The notes under the pieces were generated by a model. That model was given only the letters and a program-made list of their open reading frames with translations. It made no database searches and was not told where the DNA came from. This document shows, in pieces, positions 37,827-51,000 of a stretch of DNA of 64,000 nucleotides (the stretch's first letter is position 1; every line of letters begins with the position of its first letter). The position numbers and the translations under genes are program-made. Source of the DNA: Owenia fusiformis (Eukaryota); contig CAIIXF020000001.1 of the NCBI GenBank assembly GCA_903813345.2, forward strand, positions 33,170,001 through 33,234,000, written 5' to 3'.

Positions 37827-40800
37827 TATTGCATACTATTACATACATCTGGATCTGGGTTATACTCCACCCATGTATAATGAGATTTAGAGGACACAAA
37901 CGGATTACTGGACTTTTACACAAATTAGGCCATATGTATCTTTTTTAACAATGATGGTATATTTCCCATCTACTTGAAGATGGTCATCTGAGCATTGTTT
38001 AAATTGGTTGGCTTAATCTCAAGAGAGTTTACTATGATTTAGATGTTAAACCCTCTTGTCTCCATATAGGGGGTACTGGGAGATTGCAGTTCACTCATGC
38101 AGTTCCCTTTGCTTTGGGCATTTTATTAGCAAATGTCGTTTTTCCGCCTACTGATTGTGACTTACAGTATATTTCTTCTGTACAATAAAGTTGAGCTGGA
38201 TTTCTAAATATGAACATTGGTATGATCAGCCAGTGAACTGTGATAATATAAAATAATTATAAATACACAAAACATCAAGATAAAATGATTGTACAACAAT
38301 CATCTCATATGAATGTATTGAAAGGAATTGAATGTTATTATGTTGCTTAGAGCCATGGTAAAGATATATGCTTCTCAAGAGGTCATGATCCAGTGCAAGC
38401 ATACATAATAGTTCATGAAAAGATCATATGAACAAAGAAAATATACTCAAATATATAAAACACAACTGTCACAATCATTCTAAGGATTTTCAAAATGGCT
38501 GACATCATTTTATTTCATGCTGAATATTGCAGAAAAGTTCCATTTTTGCATAACGCTTGGTCCTTACCTAGATTTTTACATATCTCAAGAAGTACCTTAG
38601 AAGTACACTATTCCCTCAAAACATATAATTTTCTAGGTAAGAACCAAGCGTTATATGAACAAAGCAAGAGTTTATCATGACCTTCCTCTATCTAAAAAGA
38701 AGTAGGTCAACACAATTGCAACATAACTAATCCCTACTCAATGACTATTGAAATATGACTATTTATATGTACAAAATATTAATCCAATGAGTGTATAAAG
38801 TGACACAATCAAACAATGGGACATCTGCCAAGTTGGGTTTATACATTCTGGAGACATTTTCTGAGAATGATAAAAAATTCACATTTTCACAGGAAGTGAT
38901 ACATACCTCCCAAATCAACCAAAATATACTTATATCAGGAATCATGTTTTTTATTGCTATTTCTTGAAAATATACATATTTATCTAAAATTTGATCCTAC
39001 ATATTAAGGATATTAACAACATTGCATTTTTCAAAAAATGTTAAGTGACCCCAGGCGTGTCTATAGCCATTCGTTCTTTTCAGGGATGGTTCTTAGTATG
39101 AAAATCTAGAGCTGACTAATTTTTTGGCATTCTGGGTAAATTTTAAGGTGGCCATTTGCATTTTCCATCCCAAAATTGTAACGGTAAAGTCTTGTCTACT
39201 CATTTTCAGGATAACCATTTGATGGGATCACCCATTGGTGGGGACATATTGTACACATTTGTGTTCTTGTTTATTTGAAGCGTCTAGCTCAGATGCTGAC
39301 ATTTTGTCATGGTAATGCCTTGTTATTTGACTTGACAAAATATTTTAACAGATGTATTCTATCTGATCTGGTTATTTCCTAAATTATGTATGTGAGTGTA
39401 GGGTTAAAACTAAGGAAATGTCTGTATCTTAAAAATACACATCAATTATGATCCCAGTGTTTCCAAGAGATACTGAATAGCCTATATACCTTAAAACAAT
39501 CTCTTCCATCATTTTAAAATGCAATGGTGGTTTAAGTATTGGACAATTCCTTGTATAACCTAGCTCTAATGTAACTATCCATCAATAAAGGTGATTGATA
39601 TGTGCTTGTCTACTTAAATCTTGATTAGATATTCTTGGCATTATCCATAATGTATTGGATAGCTATAAACTCTTGCTAGATACAATTTATTGTCTCAGTA
39701 GAAGTGATATATATACTGGACAAGAAATAGAAGTTGGGAGGAGGGAATCCACATTTTGTAATCACTCATTTATTAAAGTACCAGTATACATAATAGTTCT
39801 ATCAAAGATGAGTGTTATAAATATTTTTATTATTAGGCTCACTGAGTGGATGTAAGTGAACATGGCTTCACAAGTTGCTTCAACCATTTAATCATCAAAG
39901 TTTATATAAATGTATTGATCAGGCATAGCTCTAGATGTCACTATCAACATCTTAAAAACAATAAAAATTACAATTTAGATTCGAAGAACTGGAAAGAATA
40001 ACGATTGAACATAAGAGATTTTTACCTTTAACAGGAACATAAAACAAATATGGATTATTAAAAACTGTGAAAAACAGATACTGGACCCACGTAGGAATAT
40101 TGAATAAAGATGTTTCAAATGTAATACTTCAATATCAGCATTATTATTACAGGGTAGTGTCACCTCTAATTGACAGCGGAAATTACAAGCTATGTATTTT
40201 ATGATGATATGGTGCAATTTATGAATTGTTCCACTCTGAACCGTGTTCCGGCCTGCGATATTGATGTAAATAATTCAGCAGCCTATTTAACAATTTTCAT
40301 CCCCATGAAGATCTTATTCTATAATATATTTGACACACTGGAAAAGTTGCGAGTAGTTTGGACCATAACTTTTATTATCCCAAAAGTTCAGTTGGAATAT
40401 AGTGAAGCCATCTGTTGGTCCGTCCGTCTGTCCATCAGTCAGTCACAGTCAGTCCATCTGTAAGATAAGTCAAAAGTTAGAAGACAGATTTTCTTTATAT
40501 TTGGTGGAAAGATGTATATTGGTGAATAGTCTTACGCTTAAACAACGCTTTAAAAATGGTCGTAATTTTTCAGGAAAAGTTTTTCAAAAGTTTTTAACCA
40601 AAGTGATACATAATATTGTTTGAAATGTTGGTAGTATATTCGCAACATCTATTTATTTCACTTATATTCCATGTTTTTTTTTCACCCTTACCCCCAGGGG
40701 CTGTCTATAGGGTTCAGGAAACAGGAATTTGTAAAATTCAAAATGATTTTGCAATAATTTTCGGTGATTTCTTCAAAGGATGGCTATATTATGCTCAAAT

Positions 40801-40982
40801 TGAAGAAATTCTAGAGTCACAATTCTCAAAATGGCTTCCAAGAGCAGGAATTCGCTACTAATTTGAGATATCTTTAAAGTATGGTACACTATACAAATTA
40901 GATTTCAAATATTGTATTGCCCTTATTATCTGTGCCTTTGAAACTCCTAAATGGGTAATGCTTAAATCGTTGGAAAAGACTG

Positions 40983-41169
40983 GTCTCTGTTTGGAGAACG
41001 AAGTTCACCAGTCTACTGCACATTACGCCTGCTTTGGCAATTTTGATATTTTTACATATTGTAGATTAAAATGTCGTGTTTTGAATATTCATAATTTAAT
41101 GTGGGTGTTATTTCTATATTTTTTATATTTAAAATTATCAGCTTAGTAGACTGTTCTCCAAACCGAGAC
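40983..41169. mobile_element. Short MITE-like inverted repeat
   Basis: gtctctgtttggagaac / gttctccaaaccgagac. Confidence 0.5.
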
Positions 41170-43324
41170 TTTTCTTTTAGAAATATCTCTAATATGTCTT
41201 TTAATATCTGCCAATTTTAATCAAGGGTAGAGTAGATGGTACATATTACATTGTGGCATTATTTATGAATATTGTGTTCCAATTGGGATATGCTACTCCA
41301 TGGAGTTGCAAATTTCTAGTTTGTAAATGAATAATAATACAGAAGTAATCAGATTTTGATAGATGTCAATGTGCTTCATAGCTATATGATATAAGAGTTG
41401 AAAATATAAAGAGAATACAAAGTAATGACAAGTGATATGTGATGAATTGAAAAGTAAAGAGAAAAATAATCTCAGCCTTGAAACAACAAATGTCTTGGAT
41501 TAACTGATTAACTTTGAAACAAATGAAGCACTGCAATTCAAAGTAGATACTAACATCTATTGTGATTTATCTGAACGTCTGATTATGGAGTAATTCAATA
41601 GCTCTGTATCCTCTGTTATGATGTCTATATAATGGTTGCACAAGGGAGCTGCACAGGTTCTTAGACAACAGGAAATAGAAAAATGACTGCCCAAGACCGT
41701 GTTATACACTGGATAGAGGAGGTCACAACTGATACTGGGGAAGAAGAGGTAAAGCATTCTCCTTGGTAGGCTTTGGGCTAGCACTACTTTTGTTGTATTA
41801 AAGAGAAAATCTGGGGATCATTTTAATAGAGTAGTTTCTAAATAGCTTTAAAATCTCGCTAAATCTCGTTTTTCATGAGGTTTTTAGAGATTTGCACTTT
41901 TACCTCTAATGACTTACTTTTCTTGATTTTTGATAGCATATTTGAATTCAGTGACAAGTTTTCTCAATAATAAGTTTGATTTACACAGTTATGTCATTTA
42001 AATCATTTTCCATGACATTTAAAAAAGCCTGGGCCAAATCTCCATTGGTGCAATGCTAAGATTCATTAAAACCTTGGCTTATTCGTATGACAACCAACAT
42101 TTTCATGTTTAATCACAATATGTACATTAACAGTATCATCCGATAGTATGCCATTCGAGTTTCAGACAGATTCAACCAACACTTTTTGACAAATCATGAA
42201 ATTAAGTGACTATTACAAGTTTCTAGCATTGAACTGAATGTCAAATGTCAAAATTTTGTGGTAACGATAACAAAAAATGGCGGATGGGAAAGACAGCATG
42301 TCCTCTTTCTCGCCTGTAGGTAAGATTCACAGATAAGATTTCCTTTCTAACTAGTTCCATTCGGTGACGTTTATATGGAAGGTTATAAAGACTGGGTCAA
42401 ATCTGCCAGGTGGTCTACTAGAAGCGGAATATAAGCTGTAAACTTACCGACTGAGATGTAGAACATATTAGGTGATTTCCTATGCTCAATTGGCTTTTTA
42501 TGATCGTATGTAGGTTACATCTATATACCCCGAGGTCGTAATGCAATGTAGACCATGCCCTAACGACAAAAATTAACAAATTACTAAATTTTGTGTAGTT
42601 TTGAATTTCAAACTCAACAGTTTTTCGCTTATTTCATGTTATCCCCGGGCATCAATTTGCAAAGAATACGTTCAAAATATACATTACTAAATGCATCAAC
42701 GAATGCGATGTCTACAAAAATCGTTCATCCTCTCATTGATACACAGTAGAAGAAAATACTGCACCAACCTTAGTTTTCTGTTCCATTGCGGCCATTTTAT
42801 TGGATAAATCAGTGATCGTAGTCGTCTTATCTCGTTTTCAGAGGTGTCGTAACCGTCATGCTATAGCACCGTGAGTATAGGAATAAATAAGTCACATGTG
42901 CGCAGATCTGGACAATATGGTGCATTGGCCAAGGGCTCAATTTTGAGGTCCATGGATATTGTTTTCTGAACATTTTGAGATCTGTGGGCAGTTGCATAGT
43001 CCATATGGAAATAGGGTGTTTCCTTCTCTCACCAACCCCCTTTTCCACAATGCTTTCTCAAATTGACCTGCAAACCCTGACCATACAACACTCTGACATC
43101 ACAAAACTTACTGTTTGTGTGTTACAAGTCAGCAAAATATTTCAAACAACACAACACTTGCATATAAAAAAGTTTAAATCTAAGTGAAATTTTCCAAACT
43201 GGCTAAAAACTGAATATGTGACGTAAATGTCGGTCCCGGGGTACCTGTACCTCCTTCACGGAAATAAGGATATATCAACATGCATTGTATATTTCGTCTT
43301 CAAATCTTCAGAATCGATAGATAA

Positions 43325-43728
43325 TTATCCCATCGAACAAAGTTCGTCTGTACGTACATCCGTCTGTCCATCCGTCTGTCTGTCTGTCCGTCCGTCCATC
43401 TGGGCAATAACTCAAATACCGATGGCCCGATTTTGTTCATATTTTGTACACATATACCCAAGTGGGGTAGAAGTTCTGCTCGATAACTGATTTTCAAAAT
43501 GGCCGCTCATTTAAAAATGGCGGCCATTTTAGTGCCGATTTTACAGTAATTTAGGTACTGAATATAAAACTGTAATAGCAATATGTTTTAAATGTAAAAA
43601 AGTTATACATGACATTGATTAAGCTTTCAGTGTAAATATAGAAGAAATACATGGCAGCCATCTTGAAAAATGGCTGCCTTTGCATGTAATTTTATGATTT
43701 TTGCTGTAACTTGAAAAGTAGTGGAGCA
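43325..43728 (+). mobile_element. HINE family C, 5' half (split copy)
   Basis: Collinear with 7647-8068: ttatcccatcgaac, TCCG tract, gggcaataactcaaatacc...; stops at gtagtggagc. Confidence 0.85.
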
Positions 43729-43729
43729 A

Positions 43730-45090
43730 TATATGAATCAATGTAATTATAAAAATTCCCACCAAATGAAACTATTATTTAAAGATAACAATGATTTTTC
43801 AATTTTGCACATGAATATGCGAAGTTTACCATGTAATGAAATGAATTTTGAGGAACTTGATTCTTTGATTGATGCAAAGAAGCATTTTTCTATAATAGCT
43901 ATGACTGAAACATGGTTGCATCCTGAAATTGAACAATTATATCAACATGAACATTTTAACGCTGTTTTTAAATCAAGACCTGAAAAATTAGGAGGTGGAG
44001 TTTGCATGTATGTAAATGAACGCCTAAATTTTAAGGTTAGAAATGATATTATTTTCCCTCAGGAAGACCAAAAATGTTGTGACATTTTGACAATTGAAAT
44101 TACCGAACAAGATAAAAATATTTTAATATCAACAATATACAAACCTCCCAACATATGTATACAAGATTTTAACTCCAATTTAGAGACATTTTTAGAAAAC
44201 ATAATGAAAGAAAAAAAGGTGACATACCTAATTGGTGACTTCAATATAGATCTACTTAAAACCGATACTCATTTCCCCACAGAAACATTTATGACCCTAC
44301 TGAACAATTACGACCTAAAACCAACAATTTATAAGCCAACACGAATTACTTCAACAACTGCAACACTAATAGACAACATCTTTACAAATGATTCAAATAT
44401 AAACTCATCTGGTCTGATATTAGCACACATTTCAGATCATTTACCAATATTTATGACATCAGACTACATCAGATCCAATGATAATTTCAAAACCATTACA
44501 TATAGGCAAATAAATGGGAAAAACATTAATGAATTTAAAGAAATCTTATCAAAAACCCACTGGCTACAAGTTTTGAATTCCCACAATGTAGACGAGGCAT
44601 ATGACCATTTCCAATCCAAACTTCAAACAATATATAACTCATGTTTCCCTGTAAAAACACAACAAATTAAAACTACTTTTAAATCAAATCCATGGATAAC
44701 AGAAGGTATTATTTCATCATCTAAAAGGAAACTTTTATTTTATAAAATATTTCTGAAGTACCCCAGTAATCAAAATGAACACAATTATAAAACATTTTCA
44801 AACACTTTAAAGAAAATTGTTAAAACATCAAAAAAAAAGAAAACTATAAAAATGAATTCAGTCAATCAATGGGTAATATAAAAAAGACATGGAAACTTAT
44901 TGATAGGGTCATGGGTAGAAACAAAAAAGCCACCAAATTACCAAAAATGATGCATAATGGACATTATTTAGATAATTCTGATGACACAGCCAACAAATTC
45001 AATGACTTTTTCACAGACATTGGTCCAAAATTATCTGAAAAAATTCCACAACCCGAAGGAGTTCATTTTGAGCAATTTTTACCCCACACT
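43730..45090 (+). pseudogene. LINE (CR1/L2-like) ORF2 endonuclease + linker, 3'-truncated
   Basis: SILHMNMRSL, IIAMTETWL, GGGVCMYV, IYKPP, LIGDFNIDLL, PTRITSTTATLIDNIFTN, ISDHLPIF, NPWITEGI; frameshift in the A-run ~44830; continues NIKKTWKLI..ANKFNDFFTDIG; RT absent. Confidence 0.92.
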
Positions 45091-48000
45091 GAGTTCAAAT
45101 CAAGGTTTTAATAGAAAATTTTCTCAGGATTCCAAATCTGAAAACAAAATTGGGATCCGACTTCCGGTTCACAAGTTATGGGCTTTTGAAATCTCAAAAA
45201 AAATCCCACCGCTGCCACCAAATTGTAGCAATCTCAACCCTTTCATTAATATCAGATCTCAAAATGGTTTTGAGATAAACAATCTAAATCTGGAGTCTTG
45301 AATTGAACTTGTTCAATTTCTCCAATCTAGTTATTTTTCTTTCCCAGTTTTCTCGTTAACTAGAAAATATTGAGTCAAGTCTTATATATTGTCCATTTAG
45401 GTCCTAGATCTAGTTCCTCGGAAATTGGGTCAAATTTTTATTAAGGTCAAAGGTCAAGAACTAGGTCAAATCTTACATTTTCAACATTCTGTCATTTATC
45501 TTCGTCGTTGTTTATCGTAACTCCTAAATCTTTTTTCATCATGTAGCTTAGAAAAAGCCAAAGGAAAGATATGACATTAGATTTTTGATTACGCTTACCG
45601 ATTTTTAAATATGGCGTCTAGAAAGTAGGTCAAAATGAAAAGTTCTCCAAATTTAACATCTGAGTCATGAATTAAGGGTAGAATTTACTCAGGAATCCGA
45701 ATCTGCAAACTAAATTTCGATCCGACTTCTGGTTCGAAACTTATGGCGTTTTGAAATTTCGAGAAAAATCGATCTGATGATATCCTTATAGAAAGTCAAG
45801 AGTAGCGAAGAAAATATAGAAAAAATCATCCATCCTTCCTTCCTATCCTGTCTGATCATACCCTTCCTATCTATCTATCCTTCCTTCCTATCCTATCCTT
45901 CCTTCCTATTCTATATCCTATCCTATATCCTATCCTATATCTATCCTATATCCTATCGTATATCCTATCCAATCCTATCCTTTCCTATCCTTCCTATCCT
46001 ATCCTTCCTTCCTATCCTATACTATTCTATCGTTTCTTCCTATTCTTTCCTATCCTTCCTTCCTATTCTGGAAGGAAGGATAGGATAGGATAGGAAGGAA
46101 GGATAGGATAAGAAGGATAGGAAAGAGGGATAGGACTGGACGACTTGGCTTATTCTGGACGACTCGGCTATATCCATCCCACCTATCCTATTCAATCCTA
46201 TCCTTCTTTCCTATCCTTCCTATCTATCCTTCCTTCCTTCATTCCTTCCTATCCCATCCTTCCTATTCTGTCCTATCTTATTCTTTCTTCGGATTCTATC
46301 ATATCCTATTCTATCCTTCCTATCCTATACTATCCTATCCTATCCTTTCTTCCTATTCTGTCCTATCCTTCCTATCCTATGAATTCATCCATTCATCCAT
46401 CAATCCATCCATCCATCCATCGGCTTATTCTGGATGACTCGGCTTATTCTGGATGACCCAGCCTATTCTGGATGACTTGGCTATTTTGGATGACTCGACT
46501 ATAATATCCATCCCACCTATCCTATCCAATCCTATCCTTCTTTCCTATCCTTCCTATCCTATCCTTCCTTCCTATCCTATCCTATCCTACCCTTCCTATT
46601 CTGTCCTATCTTATTCTTTCTTCGGATTCTATCGTATACTATTCTATCCTTCCTATCCTATCCTATCCTATACTATCCTATCCTTCCTATTCTATCCTAT
46701 CCTTCCTCCCTATTCTGTCCTATCCTTCCTATCCTATCAATCCATCCATTCATCCATCAATCCATCCATCCATCGGCTTATTATGGATGACTCGGCTTAT
46801 TCTGGATGACTCAGCTTATTCTGGATGACTTGGCTTATTCTGGAATACTCGGCTATATCCATCCCACCTATCCTATTCAATCCTATCCTTCTTTCCTATC
46901 CTTCCTATCCTATCCTATCCTTCCTATTCTGTCCTATCTTATTCTTTCTTCGGATTCTATCGTATCCTATTCTATCCTTCATACCCTATACTATCCTATC
47001 CTTTCTTCCTATTCTATCCTATCCTTCCTTCCTATTCTGTCCTATCCTTCCTCCTATCAATCCATCCATTCATCCATCAGTCCAGCCATCCACCTGCTTA
47101 TTCTGGATGACTCGGCTTATGCTGGATGACTCGGCTTATTCTGGATGACTTGGCTTATTCTGGATGACTCGGCTTATTGTGGATGACTCAGCTTAAAAAG
47201 TCTAAATCTGGAGTCTGAAATTGAACTTGTTTTTTGATTACTCTTACCGATTTTGAGAAATGACGTCCGGAAAGTAGGTCAGAACATAAAAAGTTCTCCA
47301 AATTCAACATGTGAATTATCAAATAAGTGTAGAATTATCTCAGGAATCCGAATCTGCAAACAAAATTTTGATCCGACTTCCGGTTTGGAAGTTATAGCGT
47401 TTTGAAATCTCAAAATCGCTAAATTTGGTGCCCCATGTTATGTCAATGGGGAAAAAGACTTTTTCGAAGTGTAAAATACGAGATATAGATTGAGTACAGC
47501 TTAACATAATGAATGTTTATAAAAGAAGGGGACCTCAAAAGCTACTTAGCTTCAAAATTTGGACACCAAAATGCCTAGGTCAAAATCTAGGTCAAATTCA
47601 TAGTTTTTCCTTATTTTTATGATTCTGACACTACACTTTAATAATTTGCTTCAAAATTTTGTATATAGGTAGCCAAGAGTGTGCTAATAGTGTTAGCCTT
47701 TTGCCGTCAGAAAGTATTTTGACCCACTTTTGAGATATGGTGTCCGAAATATAGGTCAAAATTAAAAGTTCTCCAAATTCAACGTATCAGTTATGAATTA
47801 AAGGTAGAATTTTCTCAGGAATCCGAATCTGCAAACCAAATTTCAATCCGACTTTTCGTTGGGAAGTTAATTTTGGTGCCCCATGTTATGTCAATGAGAA
47901 AAAAGATTTTTTTGAAGTGTAAATACCAGATAAAGACTGAGTACAGCTTAAGATTCTGAAAGTCTATAAAAGAAGGGGACCTCGAAGGCTATCTAGCTTT

Positions 48001-51000
48001 AAAATTTGGACACCAAAATCCCTAGGTCAAAATCTAGGTCAAATTCATAGTTTTTCCTTATTTTGCGATTCTGGCACTACACTTTTAGGATTTGCTTCAA
48101 AATTTTGTATACAGGTAGCAAAGAGTGGGCTAATAGTGTTAGCCTTTTGCTGTCAGAGAGTATTTTGACCCACTTTTGAGATATGGTATACGAAAAGTAG
48201 GTCAAAATGAAAAATTCTCCAAATTTTACATATGAGTTATGAATTAAGAGTAGAATTTTCTCAGGAATCCGAATCTGCAAACCAAATTTCGATTCCAAAG
48301 TTATGGTGTGTCCGAAAAGTAGGTCAAAATAAAAATTCGCCAAATTTAACGTATGAGTTATGAATAAGGGGTAGAATTTTGTCAGGAATCCGAATCTTTA
48401 AATCAAATTTCGATCCGACTTCTGGTTTGAAAGTTATGGCGTTTTGAAATTTCGAGAAAAATCGATCTGATGTTATCCTGATAGAAAGTCAAGGAAAAAA
48501 GATTTTTTTGAAGTGTAAAATACGAGATATAGATTGAGTACAGCTTAAGATAATGAGTTCCTATAAAAGAAGGGGACCTCAAAAGCTACCTAGTTTCAAT
48601 ATTTGGACACCAAAATGCCTAGGTCAAAATCTAGGTCAAATTCATAGTTTTTCCTTATTTTTGCGATTCTGGCACTACACTTTTAGGATTTGCTTCAAAA
48701 TTTTGTATACAGGTAGCAATAGTGTTAGCCTTTTGCCGTCAGAGAGTATTTTGACCCACTTTTGAGATATGGTGTCCGTAAAGTAGGTCAAAATAAAATG
48801 AGTTATGAATTAAGGGTAGAATTTTCTCAGGAATCCAAATCTGCAAACAAAATTTCAATCCGACTTCCGGTCAAAAATTCCTACTTACCTACTCGGCTAC
48901 CTACTTAGCTACCTTCTCAGCTACCTACTCAGCTACTTACTCAGCTACCTACTCAGCTACTTACTCAGCTACCTGCTCAGCTGCTTACTCAGCTACCTAC
49001 TCAGCTACTTACTCAATTACTTAATCATCTACTTACTCAGCTTCCTACTCAGTTACTTACTCAGCTCTTTACTCAAGTAAATCAATCTGGAGTCTTAAAT
49101 TGAACTTTGTTCAATTTACAAATCTAGTTATTAGGAGGCCCCGACAGGGGGCCTCCTATAGATTTTATAGATATTATTTATTAGGAGGCCCCATCGGGGG
49201 GCCTCCTTTCAATTTTGTAGATATTATTCTTTATTCTTTATTCTTTATTATTAGACTCCAGATTGAAAATCTGGAGTCTATTGTTTTTGCCAGTATTCTT
49301 ATTCTTATTATTATTAGACTCCAGATATAAATCTGGAGTCTATTACTTTCGTCAGTATTCTTCTTCTTCTTTATTATTATTAGACTCCAGATGAAATCTG
49401 GAGTCTATTGTTTTCGTCAGTTTTCTTATTCTTATTCTTATTATTCTTATTATTATTCTAAACCAGTTTTCTCAATAACCATAAGGTTTTCAGTAAAGTC
49501 AGTCATTTGGTCAATTTAGGTCCAGAATCTAGTTCCTCGGAAATTGGGTCAATTTTTTATCTAGGTCAAAGGTCAAGAACTAGGTCAAATCCAGTACTTT
49601 GTCACTTTTTTCGATTTTCTCGGTCGTCCTTCAATATTTTTGATCCGGGTTTTTTTCATTGTGTTCCTTATAAAAAAGGAGGAAACCTAGGATCGATTTA
49701 GTTTTTTGATATCTCAAACCGATTTCGAGATATCAGTGTCTGAAAACGAGGTCCAAAAAAAAATTCTCCGAATCAAATGTCGAGGATATTAGTCTTATAG
49801 GAAATTTTCTCAGGATTCCGAATCTGAAAACCAAATTTGAATCAGACTTCCGGTTCGGAAGTTATGGCGTTTTGAAAACTCAAAAATCGCTAAATTTGGT
49901 GCCCATGTTAAGTCAATGGGAAAAAATATTTTTTTGAAGTGAAAAATACGGAATATAGACTGAGTTCAGCTTCATATAATCAAAGTCTTTAAAAGAAGGG
50001 GACCTCAAAAGCCATCTAGCTTCACAATTTGGACACCGAAATGCCTAGGTCAAAATCTAGGTCAAATTCATAGGTTTTCCTTATTTTTTCGATTCTGACA
50101 CTACACTTTAATTATATTCTTCGAAATTGTGTATACATGTAGCCAAGAATATGTTAATAGTGTTAGCCTTTTGCCGTCAGAAAGTATTTTGACCCACTTT
50201 TGAGATATGGTGTCCGAAAAGTAGGTCAAAATAAAAAAGTTCTCCAAATTTGACGCTTGAGTTATGAATTAAGTATAGAATTTTCTCAGGAATCCGAATC
50301 TGCAAACCAAATTTCGATCCGACTTCCGGTTCGGAAGTTATGGCGTGTCCGAAAAGTAGGTCAAAATAAAAAATCTCCAAATTTAACGTATGAGTTATGA
50401 ATTAGGGGTAGAATTTTGTCAGGAATCCGAATCTGCAAACCAAATTTCGATCCGACTTCCGGTTCGGAAGTGATAGCGTTTTGAAATTTCGAGAAAAATT
50501 GATCTGATGGTATCCTGATAGAAAGTCAAGAGTAGAGAAGAAAATATTGAAAAATTCATCCATCCTTCCTATCTCATCCTACCCTATCCTTCCTATCTAT
50601 CCTTCCTTCATATCTTTTCCTTCCTATCCTTCCTATCCTATTCTATCCTTTCTTCCTATTCTATTCTATCCTATCCTTCTTTCTTATTCTATCCTATCGT
50701 TCTTTCCTATTCTATCCTATCCTACCTTCATATTTTATTTATCCATCTCTTTCTAGATGACTCAGCTTATTCTGGATGACTCGGCTTATTCTGGATGACT
50801 CGGCTAAAAAAAGTCTAGATCTGGAGTCTGAAATTGAACTTCGTTCAATTTCCAAAATCTAGTTATTTTTCTTAACACGTTTTCTCAGTAACTAGAAGAC
50901 ATTGAGTCAAGTCCTGTATATGATCAATTTAAATCCAGTATCTAGTTTCTCGGAAATTGGGTCAATTTTTTATCTTGGTCAAAGGTCAAGAACTAGGTCA

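Noticed and set aside
37841..38180. Minus-strand segment with acceptor- and donor-like ends
   Set aside because: Stops in all three frames; cannot support it as coding.
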